Shown here one piece after another: positions 1 through 9,950 of a stretch of DNA of 64,000 nucleotides. Under the pieces are notes generated by a model. The model worked only from the letters and a program-made list of their open reading frames with translations. It did not search any database and was not told where the DNA came from. The stretch is from Minisyncoccota bacterium (lineage in GTDB: Bacteria > Patescibacteriota > Minisyncoccia > Phycocordibacterales > UBA918). The DNA lies in NCBI GenBank assembly GCA_041389025.1, contig JAWKSP010000001.1, forward strand, positions 256,002 through 320,001, given 5' to 3'. A program made the translations under genes and the position numbers. Positions within the stretch are counted from its first letter, which is position 1. Every line of letters begins with the position of its first letter.

Positions 1-278
1 AAACCTCCAATTAAATAAATAGAGAGCAAAACTAAACCTTGTTTAATATGAAATAAAATAAACGGTTTATCACGATTAGTTAATATAGGTATAAGTACCA
101 ATGGTCCCAAATAAGACAATCCGGCCATAACTGTGGTGTAGTTTACAATGAATTTTTCTTGATTAGTCTCTTTTCCGCCATGCTGTCCGTCTTGGTTGTT
201 GTTCGTCGTTGTGAAACTATTAAGTTGCTCGTTACTATTACTATTTTCCTGATTATTATTTGGTTGGTTGTTTTCCAT
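1..278 (-). CDS. DUF4870-like small membrane protein, 3' end truncated by the window edge
   Basis: Manual translation from ATG at 278: MENNQPNNNQ...VMAGLSYLGPLVLIPILTNRDKPFILFHIKQGLVLL, matching the LSY-G...F-HxxQ-L pattern. Confidence 0.65.
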   Translation of the reverse strand, partial: MENNQPNNNQENSNSNEQLNSFTTTNNNQDGQHGGKETNQEKFIVNYTTVMAGLSYLGPLVLIPILTNRDKPFILFHIKQGLVLLSIYLIGG

Positions 279-361
279 ATAAAGTTAAGTTTAGCTCTAA
301 TTTTCAAGAAAAACAACATTTTTTCGTGAACTAATTTATGGTGATATACTGATTATAATTT

Positions 362-1153
362 ATGAAAATATATTCGTGGAACGTAAATGGTATTAGAGCG
401 GTATACAAAAAAGGAGCTCTACAAGATTTTATCGAAAAACATCAACCTGATATCCTGTGCTTGCAAGAAACCAAGGCAAATCATGATCAGATTGAGATTG
501 ATTTGGAAGATTATGAAGAATACTGGTGCTCTGCCGATAGAAAAGGTTATTCTGGAACGGCTATTTTTACCAAAGAAACACCAGAGGAAGTGATTTGTGG
601 CTTACCCGAGTCGATTGAAAAACAGTTTAACCTTGAAGATGGGTATGGACACACTGCGCGGGAGGGTAGGGTTATCGTAGCTGAATTTGAAGGTTTTTAT
701 TTATGTTCGGTTTATACTCCAAATGCTAAAGATGATTTGACTCGTTTGCCAATGCGTCAAGTTTGGGACGAGGCGTTTCTTACTTATATGAAACAACTGA
801 AAGACCAAAAACCGGTTATTTTTGGTGGTGATTTAAATGTGGCTTATACAGAAATGGACTTAGCTAGACCAAAGCAGAATAAAGGTAAAAAGGGTTTCAC
901 CGAAGAAGAGAGGCAGGGGTTTGGCAAAATACTAGAAACAGGTTTTGTTGATTCGTTTCGTCTGTTTGAAAAAAACAACGGGCATTATACATGGTGGTCA
1001 CATTTTGCAAACGCTAGAACACGAAACGTCGGCTGGCGCATTGATTACTTTATGGTAAGTGAAGAGTTGACTCCTTTGATTAAGTATGCGCGCATCCATG
1101 CTGATATTATGGGTTCAGATCACTGTCCGGTTTCAGTAGAATTAAGCCTCTAG
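362..1153 (+). CDS. xth: Exodeoxyribonuclease III (AP endonuclease)
   Basis: SWNVNGIRA, LCLQETK, GDLNVA, GWRIDY and SDHCPV motifs. Confidence 0.97.
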   Translation: MKIYSWNVNGIRAVYKKGALQDFIEKHQPDILCLQETKANHDQIEIDLEDYEEYWCSADRKGYSGTAIFTKETPEEVICGLPESIEKQFNLEDGYGHTAREGRVIVAEFEGFYLCSVYTPNAKDDLTRLPMRQVWDEAFLTYMKQLKDQKPVIFGGDLNVAYTEMDLARPKQNKGKKGFTEEERQGFGKILETGFVDSFRLFEKNNGHYTWWSHFANARTRNVGWRIDYFMVSEELTPLIKYARIHADIMGSDHCPVSVELSL

Positions 1154-1172
1154 TATGTTGAAAAATAAGTGT

Positions 1173-1210
1173 TTTTAGTCCCTGTCCTTTATAAAGGACA
1201 GGGACTAAAA
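1173..1210. repeat. Perfect 38-bp palindrome (terminator or operator)
   Basis: TTTTAGTCCCTGTCCTTTATAAAGGACAGGGACTAAAA is its own reverse complement. Confidence 0.85.
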
Positions 1211-1600
1211 GTTTTCCCCAGTTATTCACATATATGTCCTTTACAGTCTTTTATAAAGGACATACTATATATGCAGGCCCAGAGAGGGCGAGCAGGAATC
1301 TCCAGAGTTTTGCTTCAAACAAGAGTTTGATACAAAACCCTGGAGATACCTCTTAAAGAGTACATTATAAAAACAATTGAGTATTACCTCCAAAAAACTC
1401 AAAAAATTAAACGTTCATAACAATCCCACCTAAGAGAAATCTCCTTACACCAAAGTTTATAAACTCTATAAACTAAAGAGTAAGAGACAATGATTTCTCA
1501 AACAACGTAGAGCTTTGGATAAAGGTTAGCTTCAAAAATATTTAAATAAGCGCCAACTTGGGTACAATACCCACCAAATATAAAGCTCAAAATTAATTCA

Positions 1601-1666
1601 AGGCCTGAGGGCATCGACAGTGAAAAGAAAATATCTTCACTTTCGATACCCCCAGGCCTTTTTTAT
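1601..1666 (+). terminator. Intrinsic terminator-like long hairpin with T tract
   Basis: AGGCCTGAGGGCATCGA...TTCGATACCCCCAGGCCT followed by TTTTTT. Confidence 0.6.
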
Positions 1667-1699
1667 TTTAGTAACTTATTTCTGTACTTAATAAGATGT

Positions 1700-1796
1700 C
1701 CCGCATCTCTAAGTACTTTAGACATTCTTTGGTTTGTTGTTTATGCCATATGTTTCAATATACAACTTAGTGTTGCAGAGGTATTGAACCATTACG
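1700..1796 (-). mobile_element. Degenerate remnant of an IS481-family left end
   Basis: AGGTATTGAACCATTACG matches the intact IS end (AGGTATTGAACCATAACG, 28745-28762); minus strand reads MA*TTNQRMSKVLRDA versus transposase MYTSNPNMPKIRRDA. Confidence 0.75.
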
Positions 1797-1877
1797 GATT
1801 TATTGAAATATTGTAGAATATGTGTTATAATTTAAAGAGATATATAATTAAAATCCATTAAAATAAAGGAGATATAG

Positions 1878-2063
1878 ATGAATGATAGAATTTCAAATAT
1901 CGGTAAGAGAGTCGTATTAATATTTGACGAAGGTATAATCACAAAATGGATTTCTAATAATGATATTTATCACGTTAAAAAAGATAATGGTGAAATTGTA
2001 GCCTGGCCTGCAAATTATATCGCTGCCAGTGATTCAAACAGCTTACCTAGATTTAAAAATTAA
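1878..2063 (+). CDS. Small hypothetical protein (SH3/KOW-like beta pattern possible)
   Basis: 61-aa ORF with AAAGGAG SD and upstream TTGAAA...TATAAT promoter-like sequence. Confidence 0.6.
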   Translation: MNDRISNIGKRVVLIFDEGIITKWISNNDIYHVKKDNGEIVAWPANYIAASDSNSLPRFKN

Positions 2064-2212
2064 TTATCTTAAATTTAGCTGAAAATCCTAAACCTATTTA
2101 GTATAGAGTTTAGGATTTTTTTATATTTGTAATTATTGCAATACTAAATTCTATTTTTACTCCTCCCGCATGCTTGTCATCTCTTATTTTGTAATGTGTA
2201 TACTGGTAATTA

Positions 2213-2606
2213 ATGGAAAACCTAAAATTCAAAGAAGAACCTTTGAAAAATAAAGCTAAATTAAGCGGGAGAGAAAGAGTTTCTATTGAGGAAGCGTTGG
2301 CTATACAATCGAAATTACGTGAATACATGACTCCACCCGAACTTGCTTCATATCTTAAATCTGATCCTGACTTATTGAACAGTTTAATTCTGCGATGGAT
2401 AGATAAATATGCTGCCAGATTTAAAGATTATTGTAATCTAAATGCTGATAACGATATTTTAATGCATAAAATTACTCATAAATGAGCTAAATAATGAAGA
2501 TTTTAATTCTATAAGAGAATTTTTAGAACAATCATCAGAAGACGGGTTAGGTGGTTCTTTCTTTACTCCTGAAGAATTACAAGAATTTTTAGAACAAAAT
2601 GTTTAA
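2213..2606 (+). pseudogene. Hypothetical protein with one frameshift near 2483 (likely an assembly indel)
   Basis: ORF 2213-2485 continues in another frame as NELNNEDFNSIREFLEQ...FLEQNV* to 2606. Confidence 0.55.
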
Positions 2607-2652
2607 TAAGACTATTTGGCACCTGTGCTAATTAGGAGGTCATGTAAAACAA

Positions 2653-2725
2653 AGAAAATAACAGAGGTGCGACCTTGAAGAGGAGCGGTAAGCAACGGAA
2701 AAAGGTCGTTCCTCGGTTATTTTCT
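2653..2725 (+). repeat. Dispersed hairpin repeat, copy 1 of 4
   Basis: AAAATAACAGAGGTGCGACCTT...AAGGTCGTTCCTCGGTTATTTT; homologous to 9013, 27727 and 57781. Confidence 0.85.
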
Positions 2726-2821
2726 ATGTAAATTAATTAACATAGGTTCCATATTTCTGTCTGTACATATTATATTTTTTATGGTAAAAAATTCTTGGAT
2801 TATTTTTTATGGGATTATTTA

Positions 2822-3292
2822 ATGGATAACTCAATTTTTCCTGTTTTTACATATCTACACAATGATCAGCCGCGAAAAATACAAGGGTCACGTATTGATG
2901 AAAAGTCTATAGTAATTTACAGCACTGACATAATCATAAGTCATGATATTCGTGATAAACGTGCTTTAGTAATATTTGATGGTGATATACCTTGTAATGG
3001 TTTACCTAGAAATGGGGTACAGATAGCTATGCTTGGTGAGCAAGGAATTCCTGTTAAAGGTAATCATTTTCGTTTATCAAAATCGTATGAAATGGAACAT
3101 CCTTTAGCTGAATATTTTGTTACAAATAAGTCTTATTTATTAAAAAGAAGAGTGCTTTTACTACCGGCGGGCAGGCTACAGTTATGCGCATTTATCGTTC
3201 CCAGTGGTTTGGCGGTTTGGTATTGTGTGATTGATGTTTCGTATAAAAATAACAAACCGGTTGTTTTGTTTTTAAGAAATAGCAGTTATTAA
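2822..3292 (+). CDS. Hypothetical protein
   Basis: Open ORF (ATG 2822); no recognisable motif. Confidence 0.55.
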   Translation: MDNSIFPVFTYLHNDQPRKIQGSRIDEKSIVIYSTDIIISHDIRDKRALVIFDGDIPCNGLPRNGVQIAMLGEQGIPVKGNHFRLSKSYEMEHPLAEYFVTNKSYLLKRRVLLLPAGRLQLCAFIVPSGLAVWYCVIDVSYKNNKPVVLFLRNSSY

Positions 3293-3308
3293 TAACTTAG
3301 TTTAAATA

Positions 3309-3340
3309 TTAGCCAGATATTTAATTAAATATCTGGCTAA
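3309..3340. terminator. Perfect 32-bp palindrome between convergent genes
   Basis: TTAGCCAGATATTTAATTAAATATCTGGCTAA. Confidence 0.7.
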
Positions 3341-3344
3341 ACAT

Positions 3345-4813
3345 TTATTTACTTACCTTGTGCTCTCTAGCTATCTCTTTATTGTACTCAGCTTCTTCTT
3401 CAGCTTGTTTTTCCTTGCCAGCGTCAATGAAGATTTCGCAATTCCTCTTCAGTATTATAGAGCTTAAAACCTTGGTTTCTAGGTGGTCTTTGGTATTTTT
3501 GGTCGGATCATTTTAGCACTTCCTCTAGTAGGGCATGAGTACATACCCAAGCTTTGCACGGTTTCATTAGTTATTTCCATAATCCTAGTGCCATTCTCTT
3601 CAGCATTTTGACTGAGATTGGATCACGAAGTGCTTCGTCCACCATAGCTTTATATTTGCGGAATCTAAATGGTTGTTTCTTTTGGTCTGCCGGTACCGAT
3701 ACGGTCACAAACACACGTAAGTTAAGGAGATTTTTGAATCTGATCTTCCCCGATTCGGACAATAGTGCGACGTACCGCTGATAAAGTGTAATTTGATTGG
3801 ATCAGAAAAACATGTGTAACCGTTCATTTTTTCGATAATTTGAGCTTCTTCACGTGGATATTTAAGGCGATCAAAGTTTTCTTGATCATTCTCGCCCCTA
3901 CCACTTCGTGTCCAAAGAAAGTATACATTTTGTTCTTACCTCCAGTTCGTCTAGTGGCTGGCTTACCTACATCGTGTAGTAAGGCGGCGATACGCATAGA
4001 AGTAGAATAACCTTTGTCAGCCGCAGCTTGCATGGTGCATAGGAGGTGTTCAAATACATCATAAGCATGAATACCGCCCTGCTCAACCAATTCCCTCTTC
4101 CAGCTCCAGAGATAATATATTCAAGTAGACCAAGTCATACAAGAAAATAATACCTTGCATTGAGTTGTGGAATCAATGATCCTCACAAACTCTGTGTTGA
4201 TTCTTTCCAATAGCGATTTCTTTGAGTAAAGCAGCGTTCTTAGTAACACCAGCAAGGGTCTCGCCTTCTATAGCAAATCAGCTCAGCTGCTAGTCTAACT
4301 GCTCGCATCATGCGGAGAGCATCCTCAGAAAAGCGCTTATCTGGGTCACCAACTGCTTTTAGTCTTTTTACTTTTAAGATCCTCAGAACCACTACATGTA
4401 AATCAACGTTTTTTGGTCTTTTTATGCGGTAAGCGATGGCATTGACGGTAAAGTCTCGTCTAGCCAGTCTTCTTACGAAACACCAAAAGTAACGCTGTCT
4501 GGACGTCTTTTGTCACTATACTCCCCTTCACTACGGTACGGAGTAACTTCTACTACCTGTGAACTACTTTCAGTTTCTTCGTCGTTATTTTTACTCCAAC
4601 GGTACCGTAGTCATTGTTACAAAAACTATCAGGAAAAATAAGCTTGAATTTGCTCGGATGAGCGTTGAGGTATGGTAAAGTCCCAGTCTTGGCTTTTTTA
4701 CCCAAAAGTAGGTCGCGAACACAACCGCCTACTAAATAAGTATCAAAACCAGCTTTTTCCAGCTCGTTTCCAACTCCACGTACAAATAATGGTATATCTT
4801 GAGGATTAATCAT
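3345..4813 (-). pseudogene. cca: CCA-adding enzyme / poly(A) polymerase family with HD domain, broken by many frameshifts (probably sequencing errors)
   Basis: Fragments YLVGGCVRDLLLG, RRDFTVNA, F-EDALRMMRA, ALLHDVGKP and GHEVVGA in shifting frames. Confidence 0.85.
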
Positions 4814-4879
4814 GTGGCCATTGTAGCAGAAAATCGTTGCTTTTTCCTATATTTGCCGTATGATGTTAGACACACAACT

Positions 4880-4949
4880 GCACCCGTGGTGAAATGGATA
4901 TCACAACTGACTTCGGATCAGTCGTTCTGGGTTCGAGTCCACGGGTGCA
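4880..4949 (+). tRNA. tRNA-Arg(TCG); T-stem 3' side appears about 2 nt short
   Basis: Acceptor GCACCCG/CGGGTGC, anticodon arm ACTGA-CTTCGGA-TCAGT, GTTCGAGTCC. Confidence 0.85.
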
Positions 4950-5136
4950 CAGAAAGGTTAAAGACCAGCGTTTTGGCTGGTCTTTAACTTCTGTCACACC
5001 CACCAGTCTGGGAACACAAACGATAGTGGAAGAAAAAGCCGTAGCACGACTCGAAGCCCGATTGAGATATTTTGTGAGTGAAACGAAACAAAATATCCAA
5101 TTGGGGTACTGAAACTGTAAGTTTCGAGTCCTGGCG
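4950..5136 (+). repeat. tRNA-Arg 3' trailer element (hairpin, antisense T-arm, core, duplicated tRNA 3' end)
   Basis: GACTCGAA at 5048-5055; TTCGAGTCCTGGCG at 5123-5136. Confidence 0.7.
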
Positions 5137-5196
5137 AGAAATTCCTTTTATAACGTAACTTATATTAAGAAAAAAAATTCATGCTACCATAAACCC

Positions 5197-5874
5197 ATGA
5201 ACGAATGGCTTGATCTAAAAACTATTGCGCATTACGCAGAAAAAGCCGTTGATAGAGATTGGGCTTGGTATGAGTACGAGGTCAATTTTCCTGATCTTGT
5301 GAAACTATTGCCGGCCGATGTTGGATCAGTGTTGGATTTTGGTTGTGGAACAGGAGAATTTACTTCACTACTAACTGAAAAAGCAGACAGTGTCACAGGA
5401 ACGGATGTATCACCAATGATAGATGTGGCAAGGGTTAAACATCCAGAGATTAAGTTTGTGGTCTGGGATGGTAATGACTCTGTTCCGAGTGAGTTGGGAG
5501 TATACGATGTTATTTTTGCAAAACTTTCACTTCAGTTTATTGAAGATTTAGAATCAACTGTGAAACGTCTTTATAAAATAACCAAAACTGATGGCTATCT
5601 AATAGTTTCAGTTCCCAATCCAGATAAAATCAGTAAACAGTTTTCTTTTGAGGGAGTTGAAAACAAACGTTATCAAGACGAAATTGGCGATACAGGTATA
5701 AAAATAAATCCTATACACCGATCAGAGGCTGAATATTTTAGAGTATTTAGAAACGCAGGTTTTGATGTGTTTGAAATATCAAAACCAATGATACCTGAAA
5801 AACTTTGCCTTAAATATAACGCTAAAAATGGCGAATACTCTAGTCGTTTGAATTTGAAATTAAGGAAAGTGTAG
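5197..5874 (+). CDS. Class I SAM-dependent methyltransferase
   Basis: VLDFGCGTG motif I; YDVIF motif. Confidence 0.9.
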   Translation: MNEWLDLKTIAHYAEKAVDRDWAWYEYEVNFPDLVKLLPADVGSVLDFGCGTGEFTSLLTEKADSVTGTDVSPMIDVARVKHPEIKFVVWDGNDSVPSELGVYDVIFAKLSLQFIEDLESTVKRLYKITKTDGYLIVSVPNPDKISKQFSFEGVENKRYQDEIGDTGIKINPIHRSEAEYFRVFRNAGFDVFEISKPMIPEKLCLKYNAKNGEYSSRLNLKLRKV

Positions 5875-6093
5875 TAAATCCCCCTCAACTTTGTTGTAGA
5901 ACATATATAGATTTCTAAACTACTGTTCCCTATCTATTTCTCCTCTATGAAACTCCACTTTCTAATCCAAGCACTCACGGTAGGGGTAGGTAAAAAATAG
6001 TATTTTTAGCTAAATTTTAAGCAAAAGACCTTGAAGGTTTTTGTTTTATAAGTGAAACACAATATTAATTGTTATTTATGATAAAATTTACGT

Positions 6094-6366
6094 ATGGAAC
6101 TCTCCGAACGTTGCATTCAAACCCTAGAAAAAGAAGGTTTCATAACTATCTACGAGGAAAGTGAGACTTCGGGTGCTACCCATGAAACACATATACATCC
6201 GTACAACGTGGCGCTTTTTGTAACCGAAGGTGTCCTCAAGGTCACGATAAACGGTGAAACAAAGGAACTGAAGGCTGGAGATCGAGTTGATATTCCTGCT
6301 AATACCCAACATTCTGCTGTAGCAGGTACGGATGGTTGTCAGTATGTGGTGGGAGAAAAACATTAG
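6094..6366 (+). CDS. Cupin domain protein
   Basis: HxH...VTEG...GD-V-IPANTQH cupin motifs. Confidence 0.85.
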   Translation: MELSERCIQTLEKEGFITIYEESETSGATHETHIHPYNVALFVTEGVLKVTINGETKELKAGDRVDIPANTQHSAVAGTDGCQYVVGEKH

Positions 6367-6417
6367 TATCATCTATAAATTTTAAACACTAAAATTTATT
6401 GTGTTTATTTAAATATA

Positions 6418-6564
6418 ATAAAAAGCACTTGCGTTTGATGTAAATCTCACGCAAGTGCTGCTCTGGTCCGCCCGTATGTGCGGTGTTACAAGTAGGATCA
6501 CCTCCTTTATTTGTGTGAGTTTTAGAAAACCCAGAAATTTCCTAACCTCACACAGAGACAACCT
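6418..6564 (-). ncRNA. Candidate ~147-nt small RNA with a perfect 14-nt SD and a TTG-TAA start-stop ORF
   Basis: TTGAAT-16-(TG)TACATT promoter; AAAGGAGGTGATCC at 6508-6495; terminator 6424-6459. Confidence 0.45.
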
Positions 6565-6650
6565 GACACAAATGTATCATTTTATCGGTAAAATTCAATA
6601 ACCTAGATAAATATCGTCTCAAATATAAATTTTGTGACATAATAGAATTA

Positions 6651-7148
6651 ATGCTAATGATGAATAATTTTAGTAAAAACAAAGAACTCACTCATAAGGT
6701 CTTTATTGTTTCTATTGCTTTTAAAGGTCTAAATGGCATTGCTGAGATCATTGGTGGCCTCGTCGCTTTTTTTGTGACTCAAGATACGGTATTGCGAATT
6801 GTAAATTTCTTAGTGAAACAGGAATTAGTTGAAGATCCTGGCGATATAATTTCCCAATTTCTTATTCATACCGCTAGCACTTACACATCCACGGCTCAAA
6901 CTTTTGTAGCCCTTTACTTACTATCACACGGAGTATTAAAAGTTTTCCTTGTTCATAATTTGTTTAAAGGAAAGATGTGGGCATATCCGGTAGCGATGGT
7001 TGTGTTTGCTTTATTTGGAATATCGCAAACCATTGCTATTTTACATAAGTTCAACCTTGGTTTATTAATCCTTACCATTTTTGATTTAGTTATTATCCTG
7101 TTAACTTACCTTGAATATCGACAGGTAAGGCAGAAAAAATATGATTAA
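6651..7148 (+). CDS. DUF2127 family membrane protein
   Basis: KGLNGIAEIIGG, ELVEDPGD, YLLSHG, WAYP pattern. Confidence 0.85.
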   Translation: MLMMNNFSKNKELTHKVFIVSIAFKGLNGIAEIIGGLVAFFVTQDTVLRIVNFLVKQELVEDPGDIISQFLIHTASTYTSTAQTFVALYLLSHGVLKVFLVHNLFKGKMWAYPVAMVVFALFGISQTIAILHKFNLGLLILTIFDLVIILLTYLEYRQVRQKKYD

Positions 7149-7190
7149 AAAACCCAAGAATAACCGTAAAGTTAAACTTGGGTTTTTTGA

Positions 7191-7493
7191 TTACAACCAG
7201 TTTAGCAACAACAATAATAGAGAAAGTAGAATTGTCGCCAGTGCGCTTATAGAAACAGCTAGCACAAATCTATGTCTACCGTGTGGGATAAACAATATTG
7301 AGAAAATATATGAGCTTATGCTCGTACTAAGTAAACAAAGAGATGTGACGTAATACAGTTTTACAACAGTTTTATCTGGCATAAAATGAAAACATGTCAC
7401 CAGAACAAATGGCAATATACACCATATCCATATGCAGACTTTGTAGATCCTGTTTATTTTTTGTTCTTCTTCCCAATAGTCCTCACTACGCAT
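7191..7493 (-). CDS. Small multi-pass membrane protein
   Basis: Three hydrophobic segments; AGGAGG SD; overlaps the upstream gene. Confidence 0.65.
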   Translation of the reverse strand: MRSEDYWEEEQKINRIYKVCIWIWCILPFVLVTCFHFMPDKTVVKLYYVTSLCLLSTSISSYIFSILFIPHGRHRFVLAVSISALATILLSLLLLLLNWL

Positions 7494-7779
7494 GATAACC
7501 TCCTTGGATAAACAACACTAAAACAAAGAATATGGTGAGTGAAACACTAAAGATAACTAGAGGTATAAACCTTTCTCTCCAGTCGGCTAACCAAAATAGT
7601 ATGGTCATAACGTATGATCCTGTAGCGTTTACTCCTAAAATATAGATTATTGTAGGAATAAGCCCTATAGGTTTTGGAGGGGCATAGTATAGACACGTCA
7701 TCAACACGCAAAATTGCATGAATAAAAGATATGCTTCCATGTTTTTACTTAGTACCCAGTTATATTTTTTAATCATCAC
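7486..7779 (-). CDS. Small multi-pass membrane protein
   Basis: Three hydrophobic segments; AAGGAGGT SD. Confidence 0.7.
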   Translation of the reverse strand: MMIKKYNWVLSKNMEAYLLFMQFCVLMTCLYYAPPKPIGLIPTIIYILGVNATGSYVMTILFWLADWRERFIPLVIFSVSLTIFFVLVLFIQGGYHA

Positions 7780-7796
7780 TTACCTCCTTTATTTAG

Positions 7797-8066
7797 TTAC
7801 GAACAGTCCAACGAAAAAAGCATTAGGATGAGTATGATAATAATCCAATTTATCATTACAAACCTAATGAAAGAAGCTCTGTCGAATTTAGACACAAAGA
7901 ATAAGACCGCAATAGTGCTTTGACCCAGTAATGCTCCAGAAAGTGTATAAGTTATGTAGTTACGTTGTATTTCAAAGTGCGCTACCAGCAGAAAAATTGA
8001 AAGTGCAATGGAAAACTGCACGTACAACCACCACCCGTCAAACTTTTTGTATTTATTCACGATCAT
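7797..8066 (-). CDS. Small multi-pass membrane protein
   Basis: Three hydrophobic segments; AAGGAG SD. Confidence 0.65.
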   Translation of the reverse strand: MIVNKYKKFDGWWLYVQFSIALSIFLLVAHFEIQRNYITYTLSGALLGQSTIAVLFFVSKFDRASFIRFVMINWIIIILILMLFSLDCS

Positions 8067-8241
8067 CTCCTTTTCAATAACAATTAGTCAAAGAACTTCT
8101 TGACTAATTACAATTTTATTACTTAATAACAAATAATGTCGAGTATATATAAATTAATTATACAAAATTCTATATTTAACCTTTAAACATCAACAAAAAG
8201 TTGTCGGTGACAAATCCACAACAATTTGCTAAGATAGGTAA

Positions 8242-8997
8242 ATGATAAAAGAAATATTAGAAGAATTAGGTTTTTCTGAAAAAGAAGTAGAGATATATTT
8301 AGCTATAATTAAGTCAGATCAAGCTACTGCTTCACTGATAGCCAAAGAGACCGATGTAAATCGGACGACGGTTTATGATATTTTGGAAACTTTAATGCAT
8401 AAAGGAGTGGTTTCTAAGATCAAAAAAGCCGGTAAAACCTACTACTATGCCCTATCTCCGGATAAGCTGATTGATTATTTGGAGCGTGAAAAACGTGAAT
8501 TTAGCAAGAAAATTGACCTCCAAAAAGAAAAAGTCAGCAAAATAATGCCAAAATTGATTTCAATCCAAAATCTCCATTCGGTCAACAAACCAAAAGTCCG
8601 CTTTTATGAAGGTGAAAAAGGCATGCGGGAAGCTTATGAGGACTCGTTGCAGGCTGATGGGTTGATACGTGCCTATGCCAACGTAGAGGAAATGCACAAA
8701 GGTCTCCCCAATTTCTTCCCCGAATACTACAAGCGCCGAGCTGAGGCCAATATCCATATTAGAGCTATTCTTCCTCAAAATGAAGCTTCTTTTGACCGCG
8801 CGGCCAAAGATAGTGAAGAAATGCGCACTACTAAGTTCTTGCCAGAAGAAAAGATGACCTTTAGCCCGGAAATAAATGTTTATAACAACAAAGTCCTGGT
8901 AGCGTCATGGAAAGAATCAATGGCGATAGTAATAGAATCCAAGGAGTTGGCGGACTTTCATAAGCTTGTTTATGATCTGTTGTGGGATTCTATGTAG
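8242..8997 (+). CDS. TrmB-family transcriptional regulator
   Basis: LGFSEKEVEIYL...RTTVYDILETLMHKG wHTH; PKVRFYEG. Confidence 0.9.
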   Translation: MIKEILEELGFSEKEVEIYLAIIKSDQATASLIAKETDVNRTTVYDILETLMHKGVVSKIKKAGKTYYYALSPDKLIDYLEREKREFSKKIDLQKEKVSKIMPKLISIQNLHSVNKPKVRFYEGEKGMREAYEDSLQADGLIRAYANVEEMHKGLPNFFPEYYKRRAEANIHIRAILPQNEASFDRAAKDSEEMRTTKFLPEEKMTFSPEINVYNNKVLVASWKESMAIVIESKELADFHKLVYDLLWDSM

Positions 8998-9012
8998 TTT
9001 GTGAGGGGTGGT

Positions 9013-9087
9013 TAAAAAATAACGGAGGTGCGACCTTAAAGAGGAGCGAGTAGCGACAGGAAAAGGTCGTTCCTCGGTTATTTTTTA
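9013..9087 (+). repeat. Dispersed hairpin repeat, copy 2 of 4
   Basis: AAAATAACGGAGGTGCGACCTT...AAGGTCGTTCCTCGGTTATTTT. Confidence 0.85.
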
Positions 9088-9133
9088 TGTAATACAAACT
9101 CGATTTCCGTCTTTTATAAAGAAAATAAACCAA

Positions 9134-9925
9134 CTACTTCCCCACTCCCTTCCAAGCTAGTTCAAAAATCATCTTCATCATTCCGTAAATTGTCTCGTTT
9201 TCTATAATAATGCCAGTGATTCGTTCTTTATCAAAAGTGACTACTGAAACCTTGTTTTTGTCGTAGATGGTAAGGTCAGCTTTCCAATTGAAGTCCGCTT
9301 TTGGTATGTAGCGAACGGTCGGAATGATCTTTTTCTTGGCTGTTAAATAGACGGTTTTTTCATAGGAACGGTCTTCTTTAGTGTCGGGAATGATACCTCT
9401 GGTGACTATCCCAATTTTTTCTTTTGCTTTTACGTATTCTCGATAATCTTTTAGAGGTAAAAACTCCATTAGTTCAGCCACGTTTACAAACCCAAGCATC
9501 TCGTACTTTGTTTTGGTCACTAAGTGGTCTTCGTATATAGACATTACCCCCTCAACCCCCTCAAAGTATGACACTTTAGGTCGATTGGTAACTCCGGAAT
9601 AAAGCCCTTCAATTTCCGGAAATATTTCTTGCAGTATTTGCTGGTCTTCTTTGGCGTTAATTATCTTCTTTTCTCCTAGGCGGATAAGTCTTTTTGGATT
9701 TTCTACTACATAAAAGCTTTTGTTTCGTTTTTTAAGTTCACTAACCAAACCTTTGATACTAAGCTCTAGTAAGATGTCGTAGACAGTACTCCTTTTGATC
9801 TTGGTTTGTTTGGCTATATGAGAAGGAAAAGCACCACCTTCCGTGAGCAAAGTCACATAAATAGTCGCCGCTTTTTCTGATAGTCCAGCTTTATGAATAG
9901 TCTTTATTAACCTTTCTTTTTCCAT
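9134..9925 (-). CDS. TrmB-family transcriptional regulator
   Basis: GLSEKAATIY...RSTVYDILLELSIKG; PKVSYFEG; start MEKERL. Confidence 0.9.
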   Translation of the reverse strand: MEKERLIKTIHKAGLSEKAATIYVTLLTEGGAFPSHIAKQTKIKRSTVYDILLELSIKGLVSELKKRNKSFYVVENPKRLIRLGEKKIINAKEDQQILQEIFPEIEGLYSGVTNRPKVSYFEGVEGVMSIYEDHLVTKTKYEMLGFVNVAELMEFLPLKDYREYVKAKEKIGIVTRGIIPDTKEDRSYEKTVYLTAKKKIIPTVRYIPKADFNWKADLTIYDKNKVSVVTFDKERITGIIIENETIYGMMKMIFELAWKGVGK

Positions 9926-9950
9926 AGAGAAAGCATAACACTTGTATAAA

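Noticed and set aside
4799-5112. ORFs 4799-4987 and 4894-5112 (likewise 25295-25591)
   Set aside because: Shadows of tRNA genes and trailer elements
6495-6508. GGATCACCTCCTTT as the 3' end of a 16S rRNA gene
   Set aside because: No other 16S sequence upstream; better read as a minus-strand SD
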